NCBI RefSeq assembly: GCF_018977255.1 | Contig: NW_024704743.1 | Location: 15,812,001 to 15,876,000 of the forward strand | DNA: 64,000 bases | Reading direction: 5' to 3' | DNA from: Callorhinchus milii | Lineage: Eukaryota | Shown here: piece by piece, positions 38,523-51,189 of the stretch | Layout: the number at the start of each line of letters is the position of its first letter | Position numbering within the stretch: the first letter of the stretch is position 1 | Made by a program: the position numbers and the translations under genes | The notes under the pieces: generated by a model | The model's input: only the letters and a program-made list of their open reading frames with translations | Told to the model about the DNA's origin: nothing | Database searches by the model: none

Positions 38523-39396
38523 TTTGGGTGATGCTGGTTGTAAAGGTGTCTATCAGCTCCTCACTGCTCCCTCTTCAAGCTATCACTTGGAAGCATTGAG
38601 AAAAAGGCAAGGACCACTATCACAACCTCACGACATGAATTCCTACAACTGCAGGTGGAAAGCAGTTCAAAGCATTGGCGATTTTGGAGAGAAAAACAGA
38701 TTGGGTGGGGGGCAACTTCTGCTTATTAAAGGGGCAATATTTTCAGTAAAAGTCCTTTGACAATTCTGCTTTTAGTCATACCTTACAAACACACTAGACA
38801 ACAATTTAAACCGCATGATAAAGTGATATTACGTGACTTACATTATTGTTGTGAAAGATAGCATTTTATTTGGGTCTTCTCACTGCCTAAGCAAAAGAAG
38901 CTTTGCCAAATATTTTGTTCAGGAAAGCAATGCTCCCATCTAATGTATTGGTGTAAGGGTGCCAATATCAAGGCTCCCAACAGCGCTGTAAACAGTGTCA
39001 CATATCTGAACACTGAAGAGTATAATCACTCCATACTGTTAAACACTGCAGCTTACAAAGAACTTCCACAGTGTAATTGCTTACAGAAATGGTGTAACTG
39101 TGGCCCCTTGACTACCGTACATAGATATTATGGATGAAAATGCAGTTAGTTGTGGTGTTGGGGACCCCTTTGGGTAGGAGATGGTACTTCACAATCTCTT
39201 GCTCTAAAACCTGACAGCACTACACTGACATTACCGCTGTCAATGTTCTAGAGATGGGACAAGGTTAGTTGTAACATTTCTGATGTATCGGCATCCCATG
39301 GACTCACACTGTACTGATTGTATTCCTTTCCTTGTGCTTTACTTCACTAGTGAATTGTTTCAAAGTAACCAACAAATTGAGAATAATGGATACATG

Positions 39397-39523
39397 GGAG
39401 TGATTTTAAGGCAGTAATCAAATCAAGAAGTCCAGATGGCGTCATAAACCACAATAGTGGAGCTCGAAGGATTTATAAATGCCTTTGAACCTTGAGATTA
39501 GATTGCAGCCTTGAAATTACTCC
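39397..39523. repeat. Palindromic MITE-like element
   Basis: ggagtgattttaaggcagtaatc vs the reverse complement of gattgcagccttgaaattactcc (19/23); pairing continues inward. Confidence 0.65.
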
Positions 39524-40041
39524 TGGTATTTGTTTCTTTAATAATGTATATGGTTTTAATTTTAAGTCTGAGTTATATTTGGATTTAGATCCATTTCTGT
39601 GCCAGCTGTGGCTGTCAGGGCAGATGTTCACTGCCCCTGGACTCCAAATTGTTGCGACAAAATAATGTTCACACTACAGGATTAACTACTGCGGCGCTAT
39701 TACTCCAGTCCATCAGGTAATAAACTGTAACTGCTTGTGAGGAGATCATATGGCCAATGGGTATTATTGCATGTATAAAACATTAGTCTAATTTCATTTG
39801 TTTACCCAATTAATGTGTTCTTAGTTGCCACCTTCTGTAGTGAAAAATAGGCCCTAAAGGAGGTAAAGAAATTCATAGGGACGGCAACAGGATGAGGGTG
39901 GGCCAAGTTCCTGTTATTGCCCCCACCGCCTCTTCTTCTGCCCAATGTTCACTCTCACCTCAAGCCTAACTCTTTCCTTGGCCCACTCCTTCTATTCTCC
40001 TCCCACACCATTACTGTGCTGCCTTGCATGACTGCCCAGAC

Positions 40042-41368
40042 AGGTCACCAATGACATCCTGAGCATCTGTGACCAGGGCTTCCTCTGCCTCCTCGTCCTC
40101 CTCGACCTATCGGCAGCATTCAATACGGTCGACCATGCTATCCTCCTCCACCGCTTGTCCTCCCACCTCAACCTTCAAGGCCCTGTCCTTGAGATGTTTA
40201 GGTCGTACCTCTCCCACCGTCTTCACTTTGTCTCCACAAATGGTTTTTCCTCCAGTCCCCGCACTGTCTCGTGCGGTGTCCCTCAGGGCTCTGTCCTCGG
40301 TCCCCTCCTCTTCACCCTCTATATGCTCCCCTTGGTGACATCATCCGCAGACATGGGGTTAACTTCCACATGTATGCGGATGACACCCAACTCTACCTTT
40401 CCTCCTCTACTCTCAACTCCACGACCACCGATGTCCTGACAGCTGCCTGTCCGACATCGAGTCCTGGACGAGAGAAAACTTTCTCCAGCTCAACGTGCGC
40501 AAAACTGAGGCCCTCCTGATTGGCTCACGTCAGCGCCTCCGCACCTCAGGCGCTGACAGCATCAGCATCCAAGGCTGCACTCTCCACCTCTCAAAGTCAG
40601 TCAGGAACCTCGGGGTTCTGTTCGACCCTGAGCTGTCCTTTCTTCCCCACATCCGCGCCACAACTGGCACCGCCTACCATCACCTCCGAAACATCGCCAG
40701 ACTACGGCACTACCTCACCCCTCACGCGGCTGAAACTCTGGTCCACACCTTTATCACCTCAAGGCTGGACTATGGGAACTCTCTCCTCGCCGGCCTTCCC
40801 GGCACCTCCCTCCACAAGCTGCAGGTCATTCAGAACTCTGCAGCTCGTGTACTGTCCCGCACCAGGCTTCGGGACCACATCACTCCCACCCTCGCTCACC
40901 TCCACTGGCTCCCCATCCCCCAGAGGATCGAATTCAAGATCCTCACCCTCACCTACAAGGCCATTCACGGCCTTGCTCCCTCCTACCTCTCCGACCTACT
41001 ATCCCCCTACCTACCTGCCCGTACCCTCCGTTCCTCTGGCTCCGGTCTGCTCCACATCCCCCGCCCCAACTGCCCTACCATCGGTGGCCGGGCCTTCAGC
41101 CTCTCAGCCCCGAGGCTCTGGAACTCTATCCCCCAGTGCCTTCGCCGCGTCCTCCCTTTCCTCCTTCAAGGCCGGTCTCAAGACCTTTCTCTTTGACCGT
41201 GCCTTCAGCTCCCCTCTCGACTCTCTACCCCCTCCTCGCTCCCTTCCTTCCCTCCCCTCACCCTGACCATTTCCCCCCTGCACGAGTCCTGACCCAACTG
41301 TACAGCGCCTTGGGACGTCCTCCCGACGTGAAAGGCGCTCAATAAATGGAATCTTGTTGTTGTTGTTG
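40042..41368 (+). mobile_element. Young L2 LINE, 5'-truncated, few frameshifts
   Basis: [21 protein letters not shown], 233-aa open stretch 40495-41196, intact 3' stem-loop, (TTG)n tail; CpGs retained. Confidence 0.96.
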
Positions 41369-41577
41369 CCCCCAACTTCCAGGAGGCAACTGCTGACTGG
41401 ACACGAAGCTGCACACACACGTCAAGTGGACAATCATGCACTGATCCCAACATTTAGGTTGCAGTTCAATCAAACTTTATCAATGGGAATAGAACAAGGC
41501 AGAGAATACATCTTGAATGGGCGCCCCATTGCTCTATTTCTCTTTATTGGTACTAGGCTGCTGGGCCGAGACTTATA

Positions 41578-41810
41578 GTAATCCTTGCATTTGATATAGC
41601 GCCTTATCATCATGGCGAGCTGTCTTAAAGCGCTTCACAGGATTTTTACTGTGAAGTGTGATGACTGTATATTATGTTGGTCCACCCAGCAGTTGATTTT
41701 CACATATCAATGTCCCACAATCAGCCGTGAAGTGAATGTCCAATTTTATTTGGGGGGTTGTTGGTCATGTCACTGGAAGAATTCCCTTCTCTTTTTGAAT
41801 AGTTGCATTG
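41578..41810 (-). mobile_element. Deu-type SINE 3' part
   Basis: Reverse-complement tail aatccttgcatttgatatagcgcc and Deu 3' segment. Confidence 0.7.
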
Positions 41811-42552
41811 GAGTGTTGGCCTAGACCGGCATTGTCAAACTGTACAGCCATGAGCCTGAGCTTCAAACTTGCAGCCCCATGAAGGGTCTTGGTATTGCTC
41901 ACAGTCACCTCAGCTTCAGCAGAAAGCATGTGTCTCAGATAATTGCTTACAGAGACACAGAGACGCATGCATGGCTATTAAACCGCACTATGTGGTAACA
42001 ATTTCTCTTGACAGGATTTTTGAATATTCAATTGAAATAGCCATGTTAATAATACGCGTCTGAATAGTTAAACAAAACGAGTGTACTCAATTGATACATG
42101 TTTTTCAGTGACAATATGACGTATATTAAACCAGGAACTGGTTTCTATGTATTTAAATGAATATAACTTGCACGCAATGCTGTCTCTAGTTTGTTCATAT
42201 GTAAATGCATGTCAGTTAAATGCTAACAATTTGCGCGTGTAACTGTACAAGGTCAGTAGCTTGTTTACAAACTTACATTGGAAAAATAACGTAAATTATT
42301 GCGTAATTGCTGAAAGTTTGAATTGAGAATGGAATATTTGAAAACGCCCAGTGAATTCAACGTATGTATACACTCGAATGCTATATCTTTGTTGTGGTGA
42401 CTCCACTCCAACTATGCTGTTGCTGCGTATGTCTTTGATTCGTATCGTATGTAATTGGATAGTTACACATGCATCTCTGAAGTAATATTTTTCGACTGTT
42501 GTGACTCACACTATTGTTGATGAGCTACACATGTGGCTCAGTATAAGTATGT

Positions 42553-42896
42553 GGAGTCCTGTAGCTCAGTGGAGTCCTGTAGCTCAGTGGTTAGAGCACT
42601 TGCTTTGCAAGCGAGAGACCTGAGTTCAATTCCAGGCACAGGGCGAAACCTTGGGCAAGATTCCTTACTCCACACAGAGCCTAATAATAATCCCTCCAAA
42701 AAACCAAAACAATAATAAAAATTGGTCATTTTCAATCCATGACTGTTTGTGGGACATCACTGTGCGCAATTGGCTGCTGCGTTCGCCCAAAAATATACAG
42801 TCAATTCACTTTACAGTATATTCTGTGAAGCGCTTTGGGACTTCCTCCCGACGTGAAAAGCGCTATATCAAATGCAAGGATTATTATTATTATTAT
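42553..42896 (+). mobile_element. tRNA-derived SINE, short subfamily, with duplicated 18-bp head
   Basis: ggagtcctgtagctcagt occurs twice (42553-42570, 42571-42588). Confidence 0.92.
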
Positions 42897-43089
42897 AAAT
42901 CTGGGTTCGACAACACTGGCTTAAACTGTGCGTTCACAAAATTACAAGATTAGTTTGGATGAAGAACATTGTGGCTTTTTTTAAATCACAATTACCGGGG
43001 TAGAAAGTGAGACAAGCAGAGAGAGTGATGGGCAAAAACAAAAAGGGGAATATTTGCTCCATTCATCAATTGTGATCTCAGGACAATGC

Positions 43090-43500
43090 GAGGCAAGGAT
43101 TTTGATCTCTATCCTCTGGGGAATGTGGAACCAGTGGAACCAGGCGAGGATGTGGGTGATAGGATCACGGAGTCTGGTATGGGAGAGGACATGAGCTGCA
43201 GTGTTCTGAATGATCTGCAGCTTGTAGAGGGGAGAGTTGGGAAGACCGACAAGCAGAGAGGAGCATAGTCGAGCCTGGATGTGATGAATGCGTGGATGCG
43301 AAGTGCATGGACTGGTGTGATGGGGGGATAGAGTTTAGTGTGGGTGAGAATACGGGCGGTGGATTTCTGAATTACTTGTGATTTGTGGGTAGTGGAGCTG
43401 GGGAGACCGGTGAGGAGGGCATTGGAGTTGTCAAGGCGGGGAGGTGATGAAAGGCATGAACAAAGGTTGTGTTGGGGGTGAGGTATTGTCGGAGGCAGGT
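43090..43500 (-). mobile_element. Two adjacent L2 fragments
   Basis: Reverse complement of the LHW.P...I.FK / QNSAA regions, twice. Confidence 0.7.
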
Positions 43501-46500
43501 GAAAGGCACTGTATCAAATGCACGCATTATTATTGATATCTTTCAATGTGTGACAAAAGTGGGATTTCCTGAATAAATGCACATTGACAGCTCCATTATA
43601 CTTAGCAAATGGAACAGAGTAACCCTCAACGCAACTGAAGGAGACCCGAACTAGATAATATATGACTAAGTTACCAAGAGGCAAATGAGATAGACAGAAC
43701 GAGCCAGAGAAAGAGACTCAAAGCCAGTGTGAATCTTTAGCATTTATACAGTTTACACAACTTGTATAATTGATTCCAGTGTGTAAGATAATATAAATAT
43801 TTTTTGCATTTGGTACAGTGTGCACAACAGCAAAACATCTCTCTGTTGGCAAGTGTGTTAGGGTCTCCACATATTGTGGGCAAATGTGGCAACTAATTTG
43901 CACACAGCAAAGCCCCCAAAGCAGCCATGAAGTAAATTACCAATTTATCTGATGGATTGCAGGCCAGGACTCTCGGAGAAACTCCTATTTCTTTATGAAT
44001 AGTGTTGTGTGTCAGCTTGGCTCAGTTGGTAGCTCTCTCACCTCTTGAGTCAAAAGATTGCGAGTTCAAGGTTGTCCGACATTGGGACTTGAACCCATAT
44101 AGACTATGCTGTCACTACAATCAAGCACCAGTCCACCCATTCCAGAACATTACAGAAGTCACAAACTTTTCTGATAATTATACACATGTTCTGTCGGTTG
44201 CTGAATCTACCAAAAGGTCCCAAACGAACAACAGTATTCTTGTTACTGTAACTTCACATTTTACACGTGTGTGCGTGCTGGCATGTCTGTAGATAATTAA
44301 ATGTTTTAACAATTTTTTATATGCAAAATACAAAGACACGTGCTCAAAATATATTGGACAAGACACACTGCTGATTAGCAACATTATTGACCTAAGTGGT
44401 GGGTGTGAACAAGTGCAGAATAATGGAAACTACTATAATTAACAGCTTTTAAAATCGGGATGTCCGAGGGGCAAGAGTGCAATGAGTGGGAATGGATGGA
44501 TATTTATGAGCCTGGAACGATGTAACAAGTGTTGTGTGCCAGGGCTCTGTACTAGTACTGTTGGCATTGGTCCTGTTGCTTTTTACAATACTATATATAT
44601 TGATGACATGGGCATAGAGGTGGCGTTCCATTCAAGTTAGCTGATGAAACTAAATTGGATGAATTTGCAAATTGATTGTATAAGACTTCAGGAAAGCATT
44701 GCTAGACCAGAATCACAAAGCAGTATGTGATATTCCGCTTCCATAAGATCCCCAAGAAACGATGGAGGGAATTGAAGTCACTTCTAAACAATAGGTAACA
44801 CCTGACATAAAATGTTTGACAAGGACACTGGCATAGGCAGAAACAATGACAGGGTAATCAGAAACATGATTGTGCCTCCACCTTCACCACTGCTGCTGGG
44901 CAGACAATATACTAAACGGGAACAGCACCAGCCCAAGTGTGTGGAGTGCAACCAATTATGGCAACCACCAGCCCGGAGGGACATTAGATGAATACAGCAC
45001 TTCATCTGCCTACATGTATGTGTACTGGGTACTGGCCAAAGGAGATCGACATTGCACAATTGAATACTTTGGCTATATATTGTCAGACATGATTTCAGGC
45101 AATTAAAGACATTTGGTCACCTCTGCATCTGAGATTGACCAGTTGAGCAAAGTATGTGCTTCTCTGAGGTCACGCAACTATGTCAAATGCATTTATTGCA
45201 TAATTGCATAATTGGATGTTTTGTGTTGCAACTGCTATTTCAGACCAAATGTACACGCTGATGTTCTTATTACATTGAATGTTCTAGTGTAACTGTCTAT
45301 AATCCAATGCATACATGGTTCCAGCACAATGTATATTTTCAGCACAGCAGTTGTACTTTATAACATAAAAAATCAATGTGTTCACAGTGTCCTTTCTACT
45401 TTGCTTATTCATGCACTATAATGTGGATCCCCTGCCATAATATAAATGATGTGATTCTGTGCACCAAGAGACTATGACAAGGTCACTGCAACTTAACTAT
45501 GAGGTTTTATTGCAAATGTCCAAACCACTGCTCACTAGTTCATTAGCTTCTTAATACAATCAAACATGTATTTTCACATAATACAATTGTGTAAGTAAAA
45601 TCCATATAAATGCCTGCATTTGTCCAAAGTTAAGACTCTAAATACAATTTAACTTTGTGAGGCATTTTTACTGTTGGCTGGTCGACTTTCACAACAGGGT
45701 GTGATGGGTAACTAAAAGGCAAAGTTTGGTAATCACTCACTTTTTTATGCTTGACTTGACAAAAATGCACTGGTCCGACCCCACTGTTTATATTAAAAGT
45801 TGAAAACAGACCTTGTAGCAAAGTAGCCATTATTTATCCAGAGTTGAAACTCTTCCCCACCAGGTAGGAAGCCATAAAACATCTCTTGTGACAAGACCAC
45901 ATTAAGTCTTAACACAATTGCAGTGATCCTCTAAGGGCTAATTGCCTCATGCAGGAATATGTATTTTATCAGAAACATTTCGTCTTAAAATCAGACCTTA
46001 TTACTTTGAGGGAACAAATCGCTTGTTTTTACATGTTTTATTTGCTGGCCTGGAACAAAGTATAGAGAACAAGAAGTGACTCATCAGTTTTACTAATAGC
46101 ACATTATTTAACAGAATTAACATGAAAGGATTATTTTTTTAATTTGCAGAAATCTGAACTCAATTAGCATCTCTGAGGTTGATATCAAACCCAAAATATT
46201 TTTTACAAGTTTGTTCATTTAAAACCACTGGGACTGCTTTCAGAAAATCACAACTGTCTCATCTGGACAAGCCCCAAGGGTATTATGTGTCCATGTGCGT
46301 GTGTTTGTATGTGTGTGTGTGTGAAGAGTGGGGGGAAGAGGAATGCTTAAAGGCCTTTCCAAATAGCTGATGAAGTGTTTGAGGTTATATACATGGGGAA
46401 AAACTATAAAGGGAAATGCTTGCAGAGGAATTCCTTAATGTTGGCTAGAAGGGTGCATTTATCGTTCAGTGAAATCCAGAAACATGCTTTGTGATGGATG

Positions 46501-46832
46501 ATTCTACACAACATTATTATCATCCACAGATGGTCTAAAAGTCCAATAGACTGGGCCTATTTGTGACATCCTGCATAGTAACAACTTTCAGGCACAATTG
46601 TTCCATCTATCCTTTGGATAAGACGTTAAACTGGGTCCCATCCTGCCTGCTCAGGTGGATGTTAAAGATTTTATGGCACTACTTGAAAAGAGAAGGGAGA
46701 TTCACCCGGTGTCCTGACCAACAATCTCCCAAAATAAAATTGGTCACTCACTCCACGGCTGTTTGGGCAATATTGCTGTGCACAAATTGGCTGCCTGTTC
46801 GCCCACAAATTGCACTTTACAATACTTATATA

Positions 46833-47795
46833 TCATAGAACCATAGAATTATACAGCACAGAAGGAGGTCATTCGGCCCATCGTACCTGTGCCGGCTCTT
46901 TGAAAAGAGTTATCCAAATCAATCCCATTCCACCGTTCTCTCCCCATAGCCCTGCAAACTTGTCCTCCCCAAATAATTATCTGCTTCTCTCTTAAAAGTT
47001 GTTATCGAATCAATTTCCATCACCCTTTCAGACAATGCATTCCAGATCCAAACAGCTCGCTGTGTGAAAAAATTTCTCCTCGCCTCCCCTCTGTTTCTTT
47101 TAACAACTATTTTAAATCGGTGCCCTCGGGTTACTGACCCACATGGCAGTGGAAATAGTTTCTACTTGTTCATCCTATCAAATCCCCTCATAATTTTGAA
47201 AACTTCTATTAGAAGTCTCCTCTTAACCTTCTCTACTCCAAGGAAAATAATCCTAGCTTCTCTAGCCTCTCCTGACAACTGAAGTCCCTCATTCCTGGTA
47301 CCACCTTGGTACATCTCCTTTGCACCCTCTCTAATGCCTTGACATCCTCCTAAAGTGTGGTGCCCAGAGCTGAACACAGTCTCTAGCTGAGGCCTAACCA
47401 GTGATTTATAAAGGTCCATTATAAAGCCTAGTATCCCGTATGCTTTTTAACAGCTTTATCTACCTGTCCTGCCACCTTCAAAGATTTGCTTATATGAAGC
47501 CCCAGGTCTCTCTGTTCCTTCACCCCCTTTAAGATTGTACCATCAGTTTATATTGCCTCTCATTCTTCCTCTCAAAATGCATCACATCGCATTTATCCAC
47601 ATTACACTTAATCTGCCAAGTGTCTGCCCATTTTACCAGTCTGTCTATGTCCATTTGCAGTCTGCCACTATCCTCCTCACTGTTTCTACTTTTCCTAGCT
47701 TAGTATCATCTGCAAACTCAGAAATTGTACTCCCTGCAAGTCCAGATCATTTATATAGATCAAAAGCAGCAGTGGTCCCAATACTGATCCCAGTA
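46833..47795 (-). mobile_element. CR1 LINE 3' part (same subfamily as 24720-26410)
   Basis: LYKSLVRPQLE, LIEVFKIMRGFDR; near-identical 3' region; preceded by a Deu-SINE fragment at ~46600-46830. Confidence 0.92.
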
Positions 47796-48552
47796 TATCC
47801 TGATATCCTGTGAAACACTTTGGGACATCCTCCTGACATGAAAAGCTCTACACTAAATGTTAAGGATTATTTTTATTATTATCCAGCCTACCCATTCACA
47901 CTCATATACCCATTCAACTTTGCAAAAGATTGCTTTGTTAAATAAATTGTGTTGCGCCCTTTCAACCCCCACCCGGCTTGTGTGGATAGCCAGTTGTGAA
48001 AAATGCTCCTGACGTGAAAGGTGCTGTATAAATGTAATTGCATTGTGTCTATAATCACTTAATAACTATAAATCCTTTTATGTAGGGAAACACTATTAAA
48101 ATGTCTCACCAACTATATTATAAAGGAGCAAAAAAATTAGTCACTTCTGGGTGTTCATAGCGTGCTACAAGTGAGACAGCTCTATAATCAAAGGGCGCTG
48201 AAACAGAGTTCAGCTATAGTTCTTCTTCCACATGCCCATCACCTTGTTATTGAAAATGATTTCCCTCACTTTCTCTTCTTCTTCCTTGCTTTTATTTTCA
48301 AGCTTTGACCACTGTATCTTGATCTTCTCGAAAAAAGGTGGGGAGATGCAGGTTTTTTTTGCATAAAAAACATGTTGCCACGAACTAACCAAATGATGGA
48401 GTAGGCTCATGCTGCTATGTTCCTATTAAAAAGGTGAGAGTCAATCTGTGTTTCTTTTTTCCCCCAGTTAATCATTTCCCCCTGTGCCTCTCAAAATGTT
48501 GATTCTTACCTTATATGGTTCTTGGCCTTGTACCTCATCCAAACACCTATTC

Positions 48553-48929
48553 TAATAATAATAATCCTTGCATTTGATATAGCTCCTTATCAAGTCATTG
48601 AGACGTCTCAAAGCGTTTCACAGTATATATTGTAAAGTGATTTGACTGTACTTTGTGGGCCAAAAGTGGCAGCCAATTGCGCACAGCAGTGTCCCACAAG
48701 CAGTCATAGATTGAGTGACCAAATTATTCTTATTAGTTTTTTGGGGGGGATTATTACTCTCAGAAAGCGATCTGCCAATCGACTAACAACTGGGTTCCTA
48801 CTTACTGCTAGGTAAACAGAAGTGCGTGGTGTAAGGAAACTTGCCTAAAGTCTCGCCCTGCCTGGAAACTGAACCCACGTCCTCTCGCTTGCAATGCAAG
48901 CGTTCTAACCACTACGCTACCGGACTCCC
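48553..48929 (-). mobile_element. tRNA-derived SINE, long subfamily
   Basis: Full length, reverse complement. Confidence 0.9.
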
Positions 48930-50088
48930 ATTCTTTGTGCGTGAGCCTAATCAGTGAATTTGAGTACGTCTTGGGGGCATCTCAGCCAAGACCAATCCAG
49001 AAATGTACTACCTAATAAGATTCTTCCAGCTGGTGAAGGCATTGCAAAATCCTCCATTTAAATCCCATAACCACGAAATTAGGAACCAGAGTGAGGAATT
49101 CGAAATCCGCATACCTTGTGGCCTGGACATAATAGCACACTGGAAACTATGTCAGAACTTTTGCCAGCAATACTCCATCATTTGGCAATGTGCTCATCAA
49201 CCATCTCACCAGGGCCGCACCCGCACTAACTACCACGTTGCCACATTAAAGTGCAGAAAGCCTTCCACAGAGGTAAGCCCACCACATACAAAATCAATAA
49301 TGTTGTCTTTAGTTTTATAAGCTACCCCCACACTCCTACGCACAGCAGATATTTTTTATGGTCCACCGGTGTAGGCAGAGAGAGCCCTGCATTAAAGTAC
49401 CTCGGATGGTGACCTTTAATGCTGCATTAAGGTCAGCGATGAGAATGAGCTAAATTTCCAGTTGTTCTCAGCGCCAAAGACATCTGGTCGAGAGGCAACA
49501 ACACATTTACTGCGTTTAATCCAAGAACGCACTAAATATACATACAGTTGTATGTAGGTCAAAATGACTTAAAATGAAAACGAGAACACAGCTCAGAAGT
49601 TATTTGCCACAGAAACTTGGCTCGAACAAAATACCCAGTACAATTAAAGTGTTTTGGTCACAGATGGGGAGAAATTCCACCTGGGTCTGTATAATGAAGC
49701 ATTTCACAGTGTACAGATTCCAGCAAATTCTTAAATGCAGCTTTCATTTTGAAAGTGGTTCTCTTAAGAACAACAGAAAATCAACTGACTTCAAAGTTGA
49801 GACTGAATTCAACAATTGTCAAACTCTGGACACTCTAAACAACAAAAACAATGTCAAATTACATTTGTAAAGTGCCTTTCACGTTGAGAGGACATCCCAT
49901 GGCGCTGGGAAAAAATGCTACATACAAGAACTAAAATGCTACGTAAAAGAGCAATTCTAGACCTGGGTAGAATTTCTCCCCATGTTTTCTTTGACAAGCA
50001 AAATGGTCAAGTAAAATAACAACAAGCACATCTTTTACATCTGAGAATGGTACTTACGCCCTGCAAAGAGACAAGACCCATAACCCAC

Positions 50089-50152
50089 CTGGAACAGTTA
50101 CCGTCCCCGCTGTAGGATGCTCCATTTCTAAAATGAGATCATTGTGTATGAC
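50089..50152 (-). CDS. SUGCT: SUGCT penultimate coding exon (64 nt)
   Basis: Minus strand ttttctag|GTCATACACAATGATCTC...ACTGTTCCAG|gtgggt translates VIHNDLILEMEHPTAGTVTVP(G), matching the SUGCT segment V.HN.L..EMEHPT.G...VPG. Canonical AG/GT. Ends in phase 1 and joins in frame to the exon at 11122. Confidence 0.92.
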
Positions 50153-50292
50153 CTAGAAAAACAAAAATAAACCCACAATTATTCACCACTATGAAGGCAA
50201 TATCAAAGCTTAAAACCAAACTGTCAAATTTGCTCTTATAATCTTTGTTCAACTATGTTTTTTTGTAATGCAGAGTTATTCTTCGTATTTAT

Positions 50293-50650
50293 ATAATAAT
50301 CCTTGCATTTGATACAGCACCTTATCATGACTTTGAGATGTCTCAAAGGAATATATTGTAAGGTGAATTGACTGTATATTTTGTGGGCGAAGTTTGGCAG
50401 CCAATTGCGTACAGCAGTGAGTGTCCCACAAACAGTCGTGGATTCAGTGATTATTATTTTTTTTGAAGGAATTATTACCCCCAGAAAAGCAATTTGCCAA
50501 TCGACTAACAACCGGGTTCCCACTTAACGACAGATAAATAGAGGCGTGTGGAGTAAGGAAACTTGCCTAAGGTTTTACCCTGCTTGGAAATCGAACCTGG
50601 GTCCTCTCGCTTGTGAGGCCAATGCTCTAACCAATATGTTACAGGACTCC
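50293..50650 (-). mobile_element. tRNA-derived SINE, long subfamily
   Basis: Full length, reverse complement. Confidence 0.9.
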
Positions 50651-50659
50651 AGATCATTC

Positions 50660-51080
50660 AGATATATTCTTTTTAAAAGTCAGAATAGATAGAGAATGGG
50701 TAAGATGGCAAAACTGGATGGAGGGAGTTCCAGAGGGTGGCTAGTGGCTGAGGGCTCAGCTGCAGATGGTGACGCAGGAAGGTTGGGAACATGCAGTAGA
50801 TATCAACCTGTCAAGTAGTGAGCAGAAAAATTAGGTTGTAGGAGATCTTAGAGATAGGAATTTGTAGACCAGGGTGAGGATCTTGAAGTTGGTCCTTTGG
50901 GCAACAAGGAGCCAGTGGAGCCTGGCAAGAATAGGGTAATGGGCTTGTTAAGTTTTGTGCAGATCAGAATGTAAACAGTGGAGTTTTGGATGAGCTGGAA
51001 CTTGTGGATGGTGGAACCGGGGAGGTCAGTAGGGAGGGCACTTGAAAACAGTACAATTAAAGAATTAATAAGAAGTGGCA
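50660..51080 (-). mobile_element. L2 fragment, decayed
   Basis: LPGSTIHKFQLIQNS motif. Confidence 0.7.
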
Positions 51081-51189
51081 CATTAATTTTTAGTCTTTAA
51101 AATAACTTTATCCACAACCCCACTAACCTTAATTGTGTTATTGCAATTGTTTTTGCCTCTTCTCCCACATTCACATTCCACCCTCCTGC

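Larger units (their letters stand above)
11123..50088 (-). other. SUGCT: SUGCT last intron (~39 kb, phase 1, GT-AG)
   Basis: Defined by the two exons above. No additional in-frame exon is needed or was found. Confidence 0.8.

Noticed and set aside
40069..41453. Long ORFs (233 and 248 aa) as host genes or an active LINE
   Set aside because: 5'-truncated, frameshifted L2 ORF2 and its alternative frames.
48510..48546. Possible 37-nt cassette exon on the minus strand (aatag|...AAG|gtaaga)
   Set aside because: The acceptor lies next to a SINE tail with no pyrimidine tract, the length breaks the frame, and there is no SUGCT similarity.
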